Origin: Dictyostelium discoideum | Taxonomy: Eukaryota | Direction: 5' to 3' | Length of the DNA: 64,000 bases | Assembly (NCBI GenBank): GCA_000004695.1 | Contig: CM000152.2 | Coordinates: 3,840,001-3,904,000 of the forward strand | Shown: one piece after another, positions 60,382 through 64,000 of the stretch | How positions within the stretch are numbered: the first letter of the stretch is position 1 | Layout of the letters: every line of letters begins with the position of its first letter | Program-made: the position numbers and the translations under genes | Notes under the pieces: generated by a model | What the model saw: the letters and a program-made list of their open reading frames with translations, nothing else | Told to the model about the DNA's origin: nothing | Databases searched by the model: none

Positions 60382-60776
60382 TTAAATACCACAACATGGA
60401 CCTCCACAACATGAACCATTTCCTCCACCCATACCTCCATTACCATTGCCACGGTTACCACCATTACCACCACAAGCACCTCTAGATCTAGAACCACCAG
60501 TTAAATCTAAACCTAATCCTAAACCTAAACCTAAACCTGAACCAAGAATACCGCCACTTCCACCACAACCACCACCACATGCAATTGAATTTGAACCCAT
60601 ACCTGTTCCACTACCAAATGATGAAATACTGGATTTTGATCCAGACATTGAGGTTGACATTGATGAGATTGATGCTAATAATAACATATTAATTTATAAA
60701 AAATTAGTTTTTTATTTTATTTATAAATTATTTCAACTAAAAATAAAATAATTTTATCCTTACAAAAGAGTGTCAT
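60382..60776 (-). CDS. hssA/2C/7E-family protein, copy 6 (subtype B); exons 60764..60776 and 60382..60674
   Basis: Micro-exon MTLF (atccttacaaaagagtgtcat), phase-1 intron, subtype-B body. Confidence 0.75.
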
Positions 60777-61596
60777 TTTATTTTTGATTTATTTTATTTA
60801 AATTAAAATTTGATTTATTTAATATTTGATGATTTAATAAAAATAAAAAAAAAAAAAAAAAACTTATAATTTATACCTTTTTTTTTTTTATAGGATAATT
60901 AAAATTAAATCATATTTTTTTTTTTTTTTTTCTTTAAATTATAATAATTTGTAATATAACCAATTTTATACAAATGTATAATGTCAAAAAAGTTAACCAC
61001 AAATTACAAATTCTTTGAATTATACTTTTTTTTTTTGTGTGTTTATATACATTTTTGACAGTTTATATTAAAAAGGATAAAATGAACTTTCTAGTTAATA
61101 ATAACAAATTCGTATTTAATTAATCCACACAACCCACAATTTAAGGTGCCGTTAAAAAAAAAAAAAAAAAAAATAAAATAAATACAATAGAAAAATAACA
61201 ATACCACCAACCAACCTTTAAAAAATTATTTTTTACCATATTACAATTCTTGTAAAATTAACACTAGTGTGGGATGTAATGGTAATATTCAAAAAATAAA
61301 ATCAATTAACAATACAATGAATTAAAACAATAATAAAACCTTAAACTGATAACCTTAACTAGTTTATTAAATATAAATTTTTTTTTTTTAATCAATCATT
61401 TTAAATAGAGTAAAATTAAATTTGAAAAAAAGTATTATTATAATAATAAAAAACGAAATTTTAAAACATTTAAAAAAATTCTGATTTAATTTATTTAGTT
61501 TTTTAATTTAATTGGAAATTCGCCAATTTTTAAATATAATAGTATTACATTTGTTGTAATTTTGAAAATATATTTTTAATAATTTATAAAAATATT

Positions 61597-61927
61597 TTAA
61601 ATACCACAACAACAACCTCCACAACATGGGCCATTTCCTCCACCCATACCTCCATTACCATTACCACGGTTTCCACCATTACCACCACATGCACCTCTTG
61701 ATCTAGAACCACCAGTTAAATCTAAACCTAATCCTAAACCTAATCCTAAACCAAGAATACCACCACTTCCACCACAACCACCTCCACATGCAACTGTATT
61801 TGAACCCATACTTGTTCCACTACCAAATGATGATATACTGGATTTTGAACTTGTCATTGGATTTGAAATTGATGAAATTGATGCTATTAATTTTATAATT
61901 TAATTAGTATTCATAATTTATTTTATA

Positions 61928-61963
<36 letters not shown>

Positions 61964-61980
61964 TTACAAAAGAGTGTCAT
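61597..61980 (-). CDS. hssA/2C/7E-family protein, copy 7 (subtype A); exons 61968..61980 and 61597..61883
   Basis: Same structure; ends ...[13 protein letters not shown]. Confidence 0.75.
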
Positions 61981-62908
61981 TTTATTTTATTTTATTTAAG
62001 TTTAGTTTATTTTTTTATTTTTTTATTAAATTAATAATATATTTATGGAATTAATAATAAAGTTTTTAATTTATTTATACATTTTTTTTTGAAATAATTA
62101 TTTAAATTGAATAATCACTTTTTATTAATTAAAAATAGTTTGTAATTTAACCTCAAGTCTACAAAGCCAAAAAGTTATCCACGAATTTCTAATAAATCAA
62201 TTCTGTAAGATTAAATCTTTTTACAAATTCTACATAAGAGAAAAAAGTTTAAACAATATAAAAAAATAAATTGAAATTTCTAAATGGAATGTATAAAACT
62301 TCATATAAAAACGAATTTGTTTATCACCCCAACCCACAAATATTTATTGAAAAATTGAAAATAGTGGTTGCAATTCAAAAAAAAAAAATCTTCATATGAT
62401 CTTTAACAATAACCCCATTTTTTAAACCTAAAAATAATTATCACCAACTTACATTTTTTTTTTTTTTATATTAAAAATAGACTTATATATAATTTAAAGA
62501 AGATAATAAAATTTTAATGAAAAAATTATAATGATTGGTATTATAAAAAAAAAACTATATCTTTTATTTTAAACTAAAATTTTAATGATAAAATCATAAA
62601 CCAAATTATGTTTTAAAATTATTCAATTAATAATTGTTTTTTTTTATAAAATTGAACATGATTGATTTTTTCTATAGAAGATTCGAATCTTTGTCCCCTT
62701 ATCAAATCTTAACTCTAAAAACATCAAAACAATATATCAATAGTTTTAAATTAAGATAATAGAAAATAATAAAATAAAATAATTTAAAACAATAATTTTT
62801 TATTTGTTTTTTTTTTTATAGTTCGGTAATTCATCAATTTTATATTAAATAAAATAGTATTACATTTATAGTAATGTTGAATAAATATTTGTAAATTTTT
62901 TTAATATT

Positions 62909-63326
62909 TTAAATACCACAACATGGGCCTCCACAACATGAACCATTTCCTCCACCCATACCTCCATTACCATTACCATTACCACGATTACCACCACAAG
63001 CACCTCTTGATCTAGAACCACCAGTTAAATCTAAACCTAATCCTAGACCTAAACCTAAACCTGAGCCAAGAATACCACCACTTCCACCACAACCACCACA
63101 TGCAATTGAATTTGAACCCATACTTGTTCCACTACCGAATGATGAAATACTGGATTTTGATCCAGACATTGAGGTTGACATTGATGAGATTGATGCTAAA
63201 AAATAATTTAAATTATAAAATTAGTATTTTATTTTATTATATAATATTTATATAATTATAAAATATTATGAAATATATAATTTCAACCATAAATAAAATA
63301 TTTTAATCCTTACAAAAGAGTGTCAT
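62909..63326 (-). CDS. hssA/2C/7E-family protein, copy 8 (subtype B); exons 63314..63326 and 62909..63195
   Basis: Same structure; subtype-B body. Confidence 0.75.
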
Positions 63327-64000
63327 TTTATTTTTTATTTTTTTTAATTTTTGATTTATTTAATATTTGATGATTTAGTTGATTAAAAAAAAAAAAAAAC
63401 TTATAATTTATACTTTTTTTATTTTTAGGATAATTAAAACTAAATCATATTTTTTATTTTTTTTCTTTAAATTATAATAATTTGTAATATAACCAAATTT
63501 TTTACAAATGTATAACGTCAAAAAATTAACCACAAAATTACAATAAAACAAATTCTTTGATTTATTCTTTTTTTTTTTATTTGTTTGTATTATATTTTTG
63601 ACGGTTTATATTAAAAATGAAATTTCCAGTTAATAATAACAAATTCGTATTTATTTAATTAACCCCCACAACCCACAAATTTATATTAATAAAAAAAAAA
63701 AAATTTATGGTGTTAATTAAAAAATAAAAAAAAATAAAAAATAAAAAAAATAGTAATAATAACAATACCACCTTTTTTTTTTTTTTACCAATTTACAATT
63801 TAATTTCGATTTTATTAATTTTATTATCAATTGTATTTAAAAAAAATTGTAATATCAAATTTAACAATAAACAATCAAATATATATCATTTTCTATTTAA
63901 ATATGATAATGTTATTAAATTTTCTTTTTTTTTTTTTTTTTTAGAAAATTAAAATTACAATAAATACAAATTTAGATTAATAAATATTAATATATAAATT

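Larger units (their letters stand above)
49600..63960 (-). repeat. Tandem array of about 1.2 kb hssA/2C/7E units (two alternating subtypes; an A+B pair is about 2.4 kb), interrupted at about 55610-60230
   Basis: Gene stop positions are 49710, 50823, 52080, 53288, 54494, 60382, 61597 and 62909. Spacing is 1.1-1.3 kb. The spacer sequence is conserved between units (for example aatccttacaaaagagtgtcatttta, agtgtgggaagtaatg, and the 3'-flank palindromes). Confidence 0.85.

Noticed and set aside
60446-60751. Pro-rich ORF 60446..60751(+) ([10 protein letters not shown]...)
   Set aside because: This is the antisense strand of hssA copy 6 (GGT/GGA Gly codons read as Pro/Thr). Equivalent antisense frames exist in every array unit.
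49600-63960. Possible CRISPR-like array (regular about 1.2 kb periodicity of near-identical units)
   Set aside because: The units are 1.2 kb spliced protein-coding genes, not 25-50 bp repeats with spacers. The sequence is eukaryotic, so this is a tandem gene family, not CRISPR.

Overview
The window is an AT-rich (about 78% A+T) eukaryotic nuclear segment with the hallmarks of Dictyostelium discoideum: poly-Asn/Gln codon tracts, homopolymer-rich intergenic DNA, and short introns with GTAAGT/GTATGT donors and AT-rich...AG acceptors. I can support about 22 protein-coding genes, most of them spliced; splice sites were placed by hand from reading frame plus homology. They are: ribokinase, a START/F-box/WD40 protein, a PGM2-type phosphomutase, a 5-exon ELMO+ankyrin protein, dynein intermediate chain (4 exons), a coiled-coil protein, exportin-4, transaldolase, a PIH1-domain protein, a large secreted/GPI-type beta-helix-like protein, a 4-exon SF2 helicase, two small paralogous membrane proteins, a 77-aa conserved protein, a PH-like/polyQ/PX/EHD-like-GTPase protein, a small ankyrin protein and an NPRL3 (GATOR1) homologue. 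There are three tRNA genes: two tRNA-Gly(GCC) copies in a tandem duplication and tRNA-Glu(UUC) with a downstream ex-B box. The 3' 14 kb is a tandem array of eight hssA/2C/7E-family Gly/Ser/Cys-rich small genes in two alternating subtypes, each with a conserved 13-nt first exon. The most striking observation is inside that array. A roughly 4.6 kb mosaic segment (about 55610-60230) replaces array units. It carries a foreign-composition (about 42-48% G+C) gene for a bacterial-type peptidase M23 (LytM/lysostaphin-like) fused in frame to a native-looking poly-Asn/Tyr N-terminus, plus a second short GC-rich island. This looks like horizontally acquired DNA.
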